Source of the DNA: Candidatus Aegiribacteria sp.
GTDB taxonomy: Bacteria; Fermentibacterota; Fermentibacteria; Fermentibacterales; JCC-6
Length of the DNA: 64,000 nucleotides
Assembly (NCBI GenBank): GCA_030600545.1
Contig: JAUVLV010000001.1
Location: 17,268-81,267, forward strand
Direction of reading: 5' to 3'
Of the stretch, positions 1 to 9,364 are shown in pieces. The notes under the pieces were generated by a model. That model was not told where the DNA came from, made no database searches, and saw only the letters and a program-made list of their open reading frames with translations. The position numbers and the translations under genes were made by a program. Positions within the stretch are counted from its first letter, which is position 1; the number at the start of each line of letters is the position of its first letter.

Positions 1-623
1 GGGACGCGGACAAGGATCAGAGTTACTTTCTTTCCCTTGTAAGTAGTGAGATATTGAGAGACTGCACATTCCCACTTGGAGGAATGCTGAAGAAAAACAT
101 CCGCAGGGAAGCGATTCGGCTGAACATTCCCTTCAGGAAGAAGGAGAGTATGGATCTGTGCTTCAGACTGACGGCTATGGAGGGAAAACCGGGAAGGGTG
201 ATCGATATCTTCGGAAGGCAAGTTGGCAGCCATGGCGGCATAAAGAATTATACAGTCGGTCAGAGGAAGGGGCTGGGAGCCTACGGAAAAAGGATGTACG
301 TGGTCGCTGTCAATTCCCTTGACGGAACGGTTACAATAGGTAAAAGGGAGGATCTGCTTTCAACAGGATGCAGTGTGATTGAGATGAACTGGTTTCGGAA
401 ACCATCGAGTTTTCCATCTGAAGCCCTTGTTCAGACCAGGTACAGGAGGAAGGCGGTACCGGCGATTCTTGATTTTAAAGACGGCAGCCTGCATATTGAA
501 TTCAACAGACCTGAGGAGGCGGTTGCTCCAGGGCAGGTTTGTGCTGTATATCTGAACACTTCGGTGATAGGAGGAGGAACAATCTCCTCAACTGAACGGC
601 TTGATTGGAAAATTGATGGATAA
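1..623 (+). CDS. mnmA: tRNA-specific 2-thiouridylase MnmA, C-terminal part (5' end lies outside the window)
   Basis: The frame is open from base 3 (DADKDQSYFLSLV..., the KDQSYFL motif of MnmA) and runs into listed ORF 54..623 (YTVGQRKGLG, PGQVCAVY). Confidence 0.85.
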   Translation, partial: DADKDQSYFLSLVSSEILRDCTFPLGGMLKKNIRREAIRLNIPFRKKESMDLCFRLTAMEGKPGRVIDIFGRQVGSHGGIKNYTVGQRKGLGAYGKRMYVVAVNSLDGTVTIGKREDLLSTGCSVIEMNWFRKPSSFPSEALVQTRYRRKAVPAILDFKDGSLHIEFNRPEEAVAPGQVCAVYLNTSVIGGGTISSTERLDWKIDG

Positions 624-1521
624 CGGGATTATAAGTGAGATACTTGAGCTGAAGGATGAGAAAGATGCGGTTATTCTTGCTCACAGCTATCAGCCGCCGG
701 AAATCCAGGACATCGCAGATCATGTAGGAGATTCCCTTCAGCTGAGCCGGACGGCGGCATCCACGCGATCTTCGGTAATCGTTTTTTGCGGCGTTAGATT
801 CATGGCCGAGACAGCGCATATCCTCTCGCCCGAAAAAACAGTCCTTTTACCTGAGCCTGAGGCCGGTTGTCCCCTTGCTGACTGCATAGAAGTGCCGGCA
901 CTGCGGTCCATGCAGGATGTGTATCCTGATGCCCTGACCGTTCTGTACGTTAACTCACCGGCCGACGTTAAAGCAGAAAGCTACGCCTGCTGCACATCCG
1001 CTAACGCCCTCGAAGTGGTTGAAAGCGTGCCTTCCGATGAAATTATCTTCGCTCCCGACAGGAACCTCGGGACTTTCGTATCAAGGAAATCTGACAAAAC
1101 AATCCATATCTGGAACGGAGCCTGCAGATGCCATGCCACGGCTGACATACAGAATATCAGGGCTGTAATGGAAGAATGGTCTGACGCGGAACTCCTGGTT
1201 CATCCGGAAACCCCCCCGGAAGTATGGGAACTGGCCCATGCTGTTCTGGGGACAGGGGGCATGATAAAGCATGTCGCGGAATCAAGTTCACAGCGATTCA
1301 TAATCGGAACCGAAGAGGGAATGGCTTACAGGCTCAAAACCCTTTATCCGGACAGGGAATTCAGGACTGGAGGGAATATCTACTGCGTCAACATGAAGAA
1401 GATCACACTACAGAAAATACTCGATTCCCTGAAGAAATTAGAACCGGCCATCGAACTCGACACTGAAATCAGGGAAAAGGCTTACGCGGCCGTAGCAAGA
1501 ATGACGGAGATAACCGGATGA
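616..1521 (+). CDS. nadA: quinolinate synthase A
   Basis: AVILAHSYQPPEIQDIADHVGDSLQLS and FCGVRFMAETA are typical NadA motifs. ATG 616 overlaps the mnmA stop by 8 nt (alternative TTG at 601). Confidence 0.9.
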   Translation: MDNGIISEILELKDEKDAVILAHSYQPPEIQDIADHVGDSLQLSRTAASTRSSVIVFCGVRFMAETAHILSPEKTVLLPEPEAGCPLADCIEVPALRSMQDVYPDALTVLYVNSPADVKAESYACCTSANALEVVESVPSDEIIFAPDRNLGTFVSRKSDKTIHIWNGACRCHATADIQNIRAVMEEWSDAELLVHPETPPEVWELAHAVLGTGGMIKHVAESSSQRFIIGTEEGMAYRLKTLYPDREFRTGGNIYCVNMKKITLQKILDSLKKLEPAIELDTEIREKAYAAVARMTEITG

Positions 1522-2231
1522 GAAAACCTGTGATTGGTATTACGCTTAACTGGTACGCTAACGATGAATCCAAGGTTCAGTCCTATGGGAAATGGCTTTT
1601 CGGCCTCAACCAGAGCTACGCTGAATTTCTTGGGAAGGCAGATGTAACCACAATGGGGATTATTCCTTCCTCTGAGGATTTCCGAAGCATGCTGGAAGTT
1701 GTGGATATGATTGTTCTTACAGGCGGTGGCGATACCGACCCGGAACTGTACGGTCAACGGGACAACGGTTCCATTCAACACCGGAGGGATAGACCCCTCT
1801 GGGAAATCGGACTGTACAGGAAAGCCAGGGAAATGAAGGTACCCGTTTTAGGGATATGCCTGGGGATTCAGACGATAGCTATAGCGGAGGGCGGGCAGCT
1901 CATCCAGGATATCTCTACTCAGGTTGAAAATTCAGAAGAACATCATGGGGAAGCTGCCGACCCAAGGATGCATACGGTTGAGATCATGGAGGATACAATA
2001 CTGAGCGGAATCCTTGACAGGGAGATAGAAGTAAGCAGCTTTCATCACCAGGCCATAGCTGGAATTCCGGAAGGATTTTACCTGGCGGCAAAGTCTCCGG
2101 ATGGCCTGATTGAGGGAATGGAATCGGACGATGGCCTTGTCGTCGCGGTTCAATGGCATCCCGAGCGGGATTTCACCGGGCCACTTCTTCTTGAAAGTCT
2201 GATTCCAAGGTTTTGCGGGGACACTGAGTAA
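1518..2231 (+). CDS. class I glutamine amidotransferase-like hydrolase (peptidase C26 / gamma-glutamyl-GABA hydrolase family)
   Basis: GICLGIQ nucleophile elbow and QWHPE His/Glu motif. ATGA overlap with the nadA stop. Confidence 0.75.
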   Translation: MRKPVIGITLNWYANDESKVQSYGKWLFGLNQSYAEFLGKADVTTMGIIPSSEDFRSMLEVVDMIVLTGGGDTDPELYGQRDNGSIQHRRDRPLWEIGLYRKAREMKVPVLGICLGIQTIAIAEGGQLIQDISTQVENSEEHHGEAADPRMHTVEIMEDTILSGILDREIEVSSFHHQAIAGIPEGFYLAAKSPDGLIEGMESDDGLVVAVQWHPERDFTGPLLLESLIPRFCGDTE

Positions 2232-3097
2232 TGCTGTACATTTCGAAACCCGGATATATACCCAGGATATGGGGTTCCAGGATGGATGAAGGGCATAAAA
2301 CCCGCATTGGGGAGATATGGTGGCTGTTTCACAAGGAGGACACATCATCAGAACTCCAGAACACATCCGATGGAAATTCAACCACTGTGGATGAACTGGT
2401 TTCAGCAGGTGAACTGCCAGGCGAAAATGTGTATCCTGTTCTTCTGAAGACCCTCCATACTGCTGCGAAACTATCGGTGCAGGTTCATCCGGGGATTGAG
2501 GGGGGAAGCCTTCGAAAGGAAGAAACATGGATAGTGCTTGCAGCGAAAGAGGATGCCTGGATGATGGGAGGGCTGAAGGTCACCGGCAGAAACCTGTTCC
2601 TGGATCTCCTTCGGCAGAACAGAGCAGAGGAAGCTCTGCAGAGGATAGATCTTAAAAAAGGTGATATTTACCATCTCCCTCCCGGAACCGTTCATGCGCT
2701 TGGCCCCGGTCTTGATATACTGGAAGTTCAGAGCAATTGCGATATCACCTACAGGCTTTACGACTGGGGCAGAACCGGAACCGATGGAAAACCCAGGGAA
2801 CTCCATATCGAAAAGGGGATGGAAGCTGTCAACTGGTCCTCCGGGGGAAAACCCGTCGCCGTCGGTTCAAAGGGCAGAGTAGACCGGCTGAAGCTGAATG
2901 CGGAGTATCGAATAACAGATATACGAGGAACAACGGAGATGAAAGTACCGGGGGGAGCACTTTTCTTCGTTTCCTCGGGCAGTGCTGATGTAAGGGACAG
3001 TCACTTAGATTCTCCCGCATGTCTTATCGCTGATACGAATGGCGGGAAACTGGAGCTTGACGGTTCAGGTTACCTGATAGAACCCGGAGGCAACTAA
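2231..3097 (+). CDS. manA: type I phosphomannose isomerase (cupin)
   Basis: IWGS near the N-terminus, plus LSVQVHP and YRLYDWGR motifs. TAATG overlap with the upstream gene. Confidence 0.7.
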   Translation: MLYISKPGYIPRIWGSRMDEGHKTRIGEIWWLFHKEDTSSELQNTSDGNSTTVDELVSAGELPGENVYPVLLKTLHTAAKLSVQVHPGIEGGSLRKEETWIVLAAKEDAWMMGGLKVTGRNLFLDLLRQNRAEEALQRIDLKKGDIYHLPPGTVHALGPGLDILEVQSNCDITYRLYDWGRTGTDGKPRELHIEKGMEAVNWSSGGKPVAVGSKGRVDRLKLNAEYRITDIRGTTEMKVPGGALFFVSSGSADVRDSHLDSPACLIADTNGGKLELDGSGYLIEPGGN

Positions 3098-4126
3098 ATG
3101 GAATCATCGCTTTTCGCAGTGATCATGGCGGGGGGAAAGGGAACCCGTTTCTGGCCGGTTTCAACCAGGAGAATGCCCAAGCAGTTCCTGCGGCTTACAG
3201 GCAGCATGACGATGCTGCAGGAAACAGCAATCAGATTCGAGGGACTCTGTGGCCATGAGGATATCATGGTAGTCACAGGCAGTGATTTTCGTTCAACGGT
3301 TCTCGAACAGCTTCCATGGATAAATGAAGAGAACCTGCTGCTCGAACCCTCCGGCAGAAATACAGCCGCATGCATTGGCTGGGCGGCGAAGACCCTAGTT
3401 GAAAAGGGCCGAGGTTCGGATCTTATGGTGGTGGTTCCATCGGATCATGTCATCGATAATCCGGAAAGATTCAGGAGCACGCTATTGAAAGCAGCCCTTC
3501 CCGCCAAAGACGGGAAACTTGTAACCATTGGAATAACACCTGACCGTCCCGCAACCGGATACGGCTACCTTGAGAAGGGAAAAATTTACAGTGAAGGAGT
3601 CTATGAAGTTTCCTCCTTCAGGGAAAAACCGAATCTGGAAAAGGCTGAAGAATACCTTGAAAACGGGAACTATTTCTGGAATGCGGGTATGTTCATATGG
3701 AGGGCAGATGTGATCATGGAGGAGATTGCCAGGTATCTTCCAGAACTTTCAGATGGAATCCGGGAACTCGATTCAGGAACCTGCCCGGATACTGGAAAGT
3801 ACGATGCTCTTCAGGCAATTTCCATAGATTTCGGAGTAATGGAAAAAGCTGATAACGTTGTAATGGTTCCTGCGGAGTTCGGATGGAACGATATTGGAGA
3901 CTGGCCCTCCGCAAGAAGATGCGGTGTGGGCAGGGGGGAAGTCCTTGCTGTGGACAGTGAGAACACGACCGTCTGGAACGGCGGGAAAATTACCGTTTTG
4001 CTGGGAATAAGCAATGTGTCAGTAGTTGAAACCGATTCCGTAACGCTTGTTATGAGTGACGAATACTCTCAGAAACTAAGAGAAGTCGTTTCAGATCTGG
4101 AAGATGCAAAGCCAGATCTTGTATAG
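3098..4126 (+). CDS. manC: mannose-1-phosphate guanylyltransferase (no fused PMI domain)
   Basis: AVIMAGGKGTRFWPVS nucleotidyltransferase loop, GYGYLEKG, NAGMFIW. It starts 1 nt after the manA stop. Confidence 0.85.
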   Translation: MESSLFAVIMAGGKGTRFWPVSTRRMPKQFLRLTGSMTMLQETAIRFEGLCGHEDIMVVTGSDFRSTVLEQLPWINEENLLLEPSGRNTAACIGWAAKTLVEKGRGSDLMVVVPSDHVIDNPERFRSTLLKAALPAKDGKLVTIGITPDRPATGYGYLEKGKIYSEGVYEVSSFREKPNLEKAEEYLENGNYFWNAGMFIWRADVIMEEIARYLPELSDGIRELDSGTCPDTGKYDALQAISIDFGVMEKADNVVMVPAEFGWNDIGDWPSARRCGVGRGEVLAVDSENTTVWNGGKITVLLGISNVSVVETDSVTLVMSDEYSQKLREVVSDLEDAKPDLV

Positions 4127-4155
4127 ATAGAATGCATACAAATGAATTCAGTTAT

Positions 4156-4184
4156 TTGACAAGACTGATTTTTATGGATATATA
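4156..4184 (+). promoter_or_regulatory. sigma-70-like promoter (TTGACA, 17-nt spacer, TATATA)
   Basis: TTGACA at 4156-4161 and TATATA at 4179-4184 in an AT-rich intergenic region. AAGGAGG RBS at 4218-4224, before ATG 4229. Confidence 0.5.
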
Positions 4185-4228
4185 TATTTTGTGAGTTAAA
4201 TATCGAACATTAAAAAGAAGGAGGAAAA

Positions 4229-5068
4229 ATGAAAGCAGTAATAATGTTATTACTGTGTCTTGCTCTGGCAGCTTCTGCAACAACCAGGATAATAGAGGAA
4301 TCAGGTAGTAATGAACCTGCGTCCACGAAAGGAACGTATACTATTCTGGATATGTGGGATCCTGATATGCCAGGCAGCACATATGGTATAGCGCTACAGG
4401 ACGATGTTGCTAACAGCCTGTGGCTTGCCTGCTGGGGAGATGGATATGTTTACGAATACGACGTGAGCACAGGCAGTCCTACCGGTGACAATTGGGAGAT
4501 AACAAACGGTATAAATGCCGATGACATGTGTTATTGTGAATATGGTAGCGGAAACCAGTTTTTCATTGGCGATTATGAATTCAGCAACATCGGTGTATTC
4601 GACGATTCCGGAGTATGGGTTAAAGCCCTTACTGGTCCTGCTTCCTTTTCTAACGTATACCCCATAGCCGCAGGACACGATATGCTTTATGCCGATAGAC
4701 ATGGGGAAATCGCATGGGGCGCCTACGATGGTACCGGAGCCTCAGTAACCTGGACCGTTGTAGCATCACCGATGTCAGCCTGTTACGGAATGGCTGTATA
4801 CGGTGACTACGTTTTTGCCTGCTGCGGAGAAGAAGGTGAGGACAATATTTTCATCTTTAATATCAACGCAGATGGAAGCCTCGACTTAACCCCCGTATGG
4901 TCATGTGAGTTTGTCGAAATCGCTGGAGGTGCTAACGGAGGAATCGACTACGATGGCACAAACCTCTGGGTATACCCCCAGAACGATATGGTCTACAAAC
5001 TGGATATCGACTGGAGCCCCTCAAGCCTCGAGAATTCAACCTGGGGACATATTAAAGCTGACTTCTAA
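4229..5068 (+). CDS. secreted hypothetical protein, probably a beta-propeller-like repeat protein
   Basis: Signal peptide MKAVIMLLLCLALAASA. Aromatic/Gly-rich repeats (YVYEYD, LWVYPQNDMVYKLD). It ends with STWGHIKADF. Confidence 0.6.
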   Translation: MKAVIMLLLCLALAASATTRIIEESGSNEPASTKGTYTILDMWDPDMPGSTYGIALQDDVANSLWLACWGDGYVYEYDVSTGSPTGDNWEITNGINADDMCYCEYGSGNQFFIGDYEFSNIGVFDDSGVWVKALTGPASFSNVYPIAAGHDMLYADRHGEIAWGAYDGTGASVTWTVVASPMSACYGMAVYGDYVFACCGEEGEDNIFIFNINADGSLDLTPVWSCEFVEIAGGANGGIDYDGTNLWVYPQNDMVYKLDIDWSPSSLENSTWGHIKADF

Positions 5069-5096
5069 TCACATTCAGTTTATCCAAATATGCGTG

Positions 5097-5129
5097 AAGG
5101 AAGCAGGGTTCATCCCTGCTTCCTTTTTG
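5097..5129 (+). terminator. intrinsic terminator
   Basis: Perfect 12-bp stem AAGGAAGCAGGG / CCCTGCTTCCTT with loop TTCAT, followed by TTTTG. Confidence 0.8.
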
Positions 5130-5187
5130 TGTGCGCCGGGCATGACGCGCAGCGCCGATGACCGGGAAATGAAATGCCCTGGATAAA

Positions 5188-5673
5188 TTATCTGTCGGAA
5201 GGATTGCTTCTTCTGGGGCTTTCTGCCTGAACTCTCACGGTTGACCCTACTCTTAGCCAGTTGTAGTTCCATCTGGCTGTAGTCTCGCCAAGTCTTATGC
5301 ACCCGTGTGACTTTCTGGTGCCAAGAGAATTTGTGCCGGATAGAAAAGTCTGGTGAAAGCCTATCTGGCCGGAGGGATGTATACAGAGCCAGTAGGGCAT
5401 TCTGATATTGTAAGAGCTGGACACAGGAGAACGTCTTCTGTACAGGACCTCGAATGTGCCGGTGGGAGTACCGTAACCCGCTCTTCCTGTGGATACCAGC
5501 GCCAGGTTTGCTTCCCTTCCGTTTTCCAGGAAAACAATGGTCTGCTGATCTATGAGAACGACTGCTTCCCGGGATGAAATTCTTACGGGAGCTTCCGCGG
5601 TACCAATGGATGTAGTACAGGACACAGAAAGTACCCCGAGAAAAATGCGAAAAAGTTCTGTAAGACAAATCAA
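5188..5673 (-). CDS. L,D-transpeptidase (YkuD domain)
   Basis: SHGCIRL catalytic motif, MPYW, GTFEV, N-terminal signal-like segment. TTG start. Confidence 0.85.
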   Translation of the reverse strand: MICLTELFRIFLGVLSVSCTTSIGTAEAPVRISSREAVVLIDQQTIVFLENGREANLALVSTGRAGYGTPTGTFEVLYRRRSPVSSSYNIRMPYWLCIHPSGQIGFHQTFLSGTNSLGTRKSHGCIRLGETTARWNYNWLRVGSTVRVQAESPRRSNPSDR

Positions 5674-5798
5674 ATGTATAACCTCTCAGCGCACTGTAAA
5701 CTGAATATTAATCCGCATGATGTCAATATTGACTTTCGGAAGGGAAAGGGTCAGATTTCATAACTGTGGATAATATTTTCTTGAATATCAATTACAAA

Positions 5799-7121
5799 AT
5801 GAACGGAGGGTCAGATTTGACTTTATTAAGCTGTAATCGAAAAATGATTCTTATTGCAGTAGTAGTGACTGCTTTACTGGCAGCTTGCGCTTCACCGGCT
5901 GTGACCGGGATGAAGGTGCACATGCAGAACCAGGAGTACGACGAGATCATTAATCTTGCTGACAGTGTAATTGCCCAGGGAGATTCTCTGAACGCTGAAA
6001 TCTGGTTCTGGAGAGGAAAAGCCCTTACCGAGAAAGTTGAATGGTCTGAGGCAGCAGAGTCATTCATTAAAGCAAACGAGCTTGATACAGACGGAGCACT
6101 GGCGATCAACGAATACTGGTTCGTCTTCTTTAACAGCGCTGCCAATAAAGTAAACGATGAAAACATCGAGTCTGCAGTTGAAATGCTGGAAATGGGCATG
6201 CAGATAGCTCCCGAAAGACCCGATTTTGAGCTTATGCTGGGCGATCTTGAACTCAGCACAAATAATGATCGGACAGCAGCCCTTGAAGATTATCAGAATG
6301 CCTCACAGAAGGCGGAAGCACTGGCGTCAGACATTCAGGAACTGATAAACAATACGGATGATCCATATATGCTTGATTATTACTCGCAGAACCTGGAACA
6401 GGCCAGAACACTTTGTATTCAGGCTCTTTTCAACTCGGGTAGTGTTCTGACCATGATAGCCCTGGACGCTACGGAAGAAGAAATGCCGGAGTACCTTGAG
6501 CAGGCACAGGATGCTTACAGCAAGGCACTGGATATCGATCCTACGAATATTGATATGCTGGATGCCCTCGCAGGAGCATATATGCTTCAAGGTGAGTATG
6601 AATCAGCTATTGGTATCTTCGACGAAGCTTTCGCTAACATAGAGCTTGGGCTTGCAGAAGGCTGGATGGAACAGGACGAAGCTGATCAGATCAAGGCAAA
6701 CATGTTCGTCTCCAAGGGATACGCATATATTGAAATGGAAGAATTCCAGCAGGCGATAGCCGAACTGGAAAATGCGAGGAACCTTATAGGTGACGATTAT
6801 ATCGTTCTTTCAACCCTTGCTCATGCCAATTTTATAATGGAAAATTACGACGAATCTCTTTCAATCCTTGATTCTATTCTGATGATCGAAGGATTGACTC
6901 CCGATGAACTTGCCAATGCCTATTATACAAGGTACGCATGCTACAACAGGCAAGAATTGGATTCTGAAGCCGCAGAAACTCTGGAAACAGCCCTTGAATA
7001 CACGCCTGACAATGCCAACTACTGGCGCTATCTTGCAAGCACCTACAGCCGCCTTGGCCGCAGGAATGACGCTATCAGTGCTATGGAAACGGCAAACGAG
7101 CTTGATCCCGAAAACGACTGA
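5799..7121 (+). CDS. TPR-repeat lipoprotein
   Basis: Lipobox LLAAC followed by multiple TPR-like A/Y/L repeats. The start is uncertain (GTG 5766, ATG 5799 or ATG 5844). Confidence 0.7.
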   Translation: MNGGSDLTLLSCNRKMILIAVVVTALLAACASPAVTGMKVHMQNQEYDEIINLADSVIAQGDSLNAEIWFWRGKALTEKVEWSEAAESFIKANELDTDGALAINEYWFVFFNSAANKVNDENIESAVEMLEMGMQIAPERPDFELMLGDLELSTNNDRTAALEDYQNASQKAEALASDIQELINNTDDPYMLDYYSQNLEQARTLCIQALFNSGSVLTMIALDATEEEMPEYLEQAQDAYSKALDIDPTNIDMLDALAGAYMLQGEYESAIGIFDEAFANIELGLAEGWMEQDEADQIKANMFVSKGYAYIEMEEFQQAIAELENARNLIGDDYIVLSTLAHANFIMENYDESLSILDSILMIEGLTPDELANAYYTRYACYNRQELDSEAAETLETALEYTPDNANYWRYLASTYSRLGRRNDAISAMETANELDPEND

Positions 7122-7141
7122 CATCAGAATACACTGAAACT

Positions 7142-7171
7142 AAAAGGGAAGGGCTTTTGCCCTTCCCTTTT
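7142..7171. terminator. bidirectional intrinsic terminator between convergent genes
   Basis: 13-bp stem AAAAGGGAAGGGC / GCCCTTCCCTTTT with a TTTT loop. The A-run and T-run flank it symmetrically. Confidence 0.85.
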
Positions 7172-7257
7172 AGTTTATAATTCTAATTCATTTACTCATT
7201 CATAAATCCACGCGAAGTCAGATAGAAGTTTTGAAGTGGAAGCAAAAGTCGAAGCGA

Positions 7258-7572
7258 TCAGTCGCTGCTGATGCTTACCATGAGCTGATTCTTCTGAACG
7301 GTATCATCCATTTTAACATGCAGCTGTTTTACTCGGCCCTGTATTGTTGAGCATATCTCATTATGCATCTTCATGGCATCGAGAAGAAGCAGTACATCGC
7401 CAGGCTGAACACTGTCACCTTCGGACACTTTTACATCAACTATGGTTCCGGGTATGAAAGCCCTCACCTCTGAGGGATCTGGTACCCCTTCGTACGGCTT
7501 CCTGCTGTATTCAGGTATCTCTGTGGAGTATTCAGTATCGTCTATAGTGAGTTTATCCAGTTTTTTTTCCAT
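7258..7572 (-). CDS. biotin carboxyl carrier subunit (biotinyl/lipoyl domain)
   Basis: LDAMKMHNEI biotinylation motif (AMKM). 104 aa, immediately downstream of the carboxyltransferase gene. Confidence 0.85.
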   Translation of the reverse strand: MEKKLDKLTIDDTEYSTEIPEYSRKPYEGVPDPSEVRAFIPGTIVDVKVSEGDSVQPGDVLLLLDAMKMHNEICSTIQGRVKQLHVKMDDTVQKNQLMVSISSD

Positions 7573-7584
7573 GATATCCCGCCT

Positions 7585-9120
7585 TTACAGAGGTATGTTT
7601 CTGTGGGGACGGCCTGTTCTGAACTGTTTGGTCATAGAGAGGACTTTGATCAGTGTGTCCCTGGTTTCGCTGGATTTTATTATGGTGTCAATGTATCCTT
7701 TTTTCGCGGCAACGTAGGGATTGGCGAATTTCTCTTCGTACTCATCAACCTTTTCCTGTCTATATGCATCAGGGTCGTCAGCAGCAGCAATCTCTCTTCT
7801 GAATATTATATTTGCTGCACCTTCGGGCCCCATTACCGCAATCTCTCCGCTGGGCCAGGATGCGACGAACGTTGCTCCGAGGTGCCTGCTGCACATGGCA
7901 ATGTAAGCCCCACCGTAAGCTTTCCTCATGATAACTGTCATCTTGGGAACAGAAGCCTCGCTGTAGGCGAAAAGAATCTTTGCCCCGTGTCTGATTACTC
8001 CTGCGTGTTCCTGATCCGTTCCCGGAAGGTATCCGGGAGTATCCACCATAGTCAGCAGGGGAATATTGAAACAATCGCAGAATCTTATGAACCTGGCCGC
8101 CTTGTCCGAAGCATTCACATCAAGAACACCGGCCAGAACCCTGGGTTGATTCGCTATGATCCCTATGGGCCTGCCGGCAAGCCTTGCGAAGCCGACAACA
8201 ATATTCCTTGCGTAGTGCTCGTGTACTTCAAAGAAATCGGAAGCATCTACAATGCCCCGGATAATCTCTTTTACGGAGTAGGCCTGCCTGCGGTTGTCAG
8301 GAATAACATCATCACCAAGAGGCCGGTCGGGGGGAATGGGTTTTCTGACCGGAGGGATTTCCTTTGAGTTGGCCGGGAGGAAGGATAGAAGTTTCTTGAC
8401 GCTATTGAATGCTTCCGCTTCACTGTTTGCATAGAAGTGGGCGTTGCCGGTGATGGAAGCATGGGTCATTGCGCCTCCCAGCTCTTCCTGGGTTACTTCT
8501 TCCCCCAGTACGGTTTTGATCACCTGTGGCCCGGTTATGAACATGTGGGATATTTTGTCGACAACGAATACGAAATCCGTAAGGGCGGGTGAATAGACCG
8601 CGCCACCCGCACAGGGGCCTAGAATGACGGAAATCTGAGGAACATCTCCACTGAGCCTGGTATTACGGTAGAATAGCTCGCCGTAGCCGCAGAGGGATTC
8701 TACTCCTTCCTGAATTCTGGCTCCACCGGAGTCGTTTATTCCTATAAGGGGTATTCCAGCGTCCGCTGCGCAATCCATCACCTTAACTATTTTCATTGCA
8801 TGAGCTCTTCCGAGGGATCCTCCGGCTACAGTAAAATCCTGTGCGAATACCGCGACTGGTCTGTTCTGAACTTTTCCATAGCCGGTAATGACTCCATCCC
8901 CGGCCAGTTCCTTTCTGTCCATTCCAAAATCCTTCATGGAATGCTCTACGAAGAGGTCTGTCTCCAGAAAGGAATCCTTATCCAGCAGTAGATTCTCCAC
9001 ACGCTCTCTGGCAGTGTGCTTTCCCTTTTTTTTCTGTTTTTCGATAGCTTTGTCACCACCGCCTTTAAGCTTGCTGGACAGCCGCGTAAGAAAATCGTTA
9101 ACAGATTTCTTTATTGACAT
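7585..9120 (-). CDS. acyl-CoA carboxyltransferase (methylmalonyl-CoA carboxyltransferase 12S / propionyl-CoA carboxylase beta family)
   Basis: 511 aa with VFAQDFTVAGGSLG, GPCAGGAVYSPALTDF and AYGGAYIAM motifs of the carboxyl_trans family. Confidence 0.9.
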   Translation of the reverse strand: MSIKKSVNDFLTRLSSKLKGGGDKAIEKQKKKGKHTARERVENLLLDKDSFLETDLFVEHSMKDFGMDRKELAGDGVITGYGKVQNRPVAVFAQDFTVAGGSLGRAHAMKIVKVMDCAADAGIPLIGINDSGGARIQEGVESLCGYGELFYRNTRLSGDVPQISVILGPCAGGAVYSPALTDFVFVVDKISHMFITGPQVIKTVLGEEVTQEELGGAMTHASITGNAHFYANSEAEAFNSVKKLLSFLPANSKEIPPVRKPIPPDRPLGDDVIPDNRRQAYSVKEIIRGIVDASDFFEVHEHYARNIVVGFARLAGRPIGIIANQPRVLAGVLDVNASDKAARFIRFCDCFNIPLLTMVDTPGYLPGTDQEHAGVIRHGAKILFAYSEASVPKMTVIMRKAYGGAYIAMCSRHLGATFVASWPSGEIAVMGPEGAANIIFRREIAAADDPDAYRQEKVDEYEEKFANPYVAAKKGYIDTIIKSSETRDTLIKVLSMTKQFRTGRPHRNIPL

Positions 9121-9364
9121 TATTTATCCCCTCAATTTTTCTCTGGCAAAACAGTCATTGGTGTTATTCTTTCGGGGATATACTTCCCGCGGAGCATTCA
9201 TCCCGTTCTAATATGGATTCAACTTCAAACGTAAGATAATTCAGTTGCCTTAGCAAGTGGTAGTCTTATTTTACTGCTTCTGTTGAATCGTTCATCCGGA
9301 GGTATCGGATTTGTTTCATGAAAGTCTTCGAGATTCTATCCAATGTGCTGACGATGAAATTTCT

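Noticed and set aside
5097-5125. GGAAGCAG-containing hairpin that superficially resembles the SRP RNA conserved loop.
   Set aside because: It is a simple perfect 12-bp hairpin followed by a T-run directly after a stop codon, which is a terminator. It has no SRP domain IV asymmetric loops.
5075-5668. 197-aa ORF on the same strand as the L,D-transpeptidase, in another frame.
   Set aside because: The 161-aa frame carries the YkuD catalytic motif SHGCIRL and a signal peptide. The alternative frame has no recognisable features.
5765-5773. Perfect DnaA-box 9-mer (TGTGGATAA, complement of TTATCCACA).
   Set aside because: It is a single isolated copy overlapping a possible start codon, with no cluster of boxes or AT-rich unwinding element. 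One perfect 9-mer is plausible by chance in 64 kb on two strands.
9121-9364. The largest intergenic region (244 bp), inspected for a tRNA, riboswitch or small RNA.
   Set aside because: No tRNA T-arm/acceptor signature, no recognisable riboswitch core and only weak 4-5 bp hairpins. It is most simply the promoter/5' UTR of the carboxyltransferase operon.
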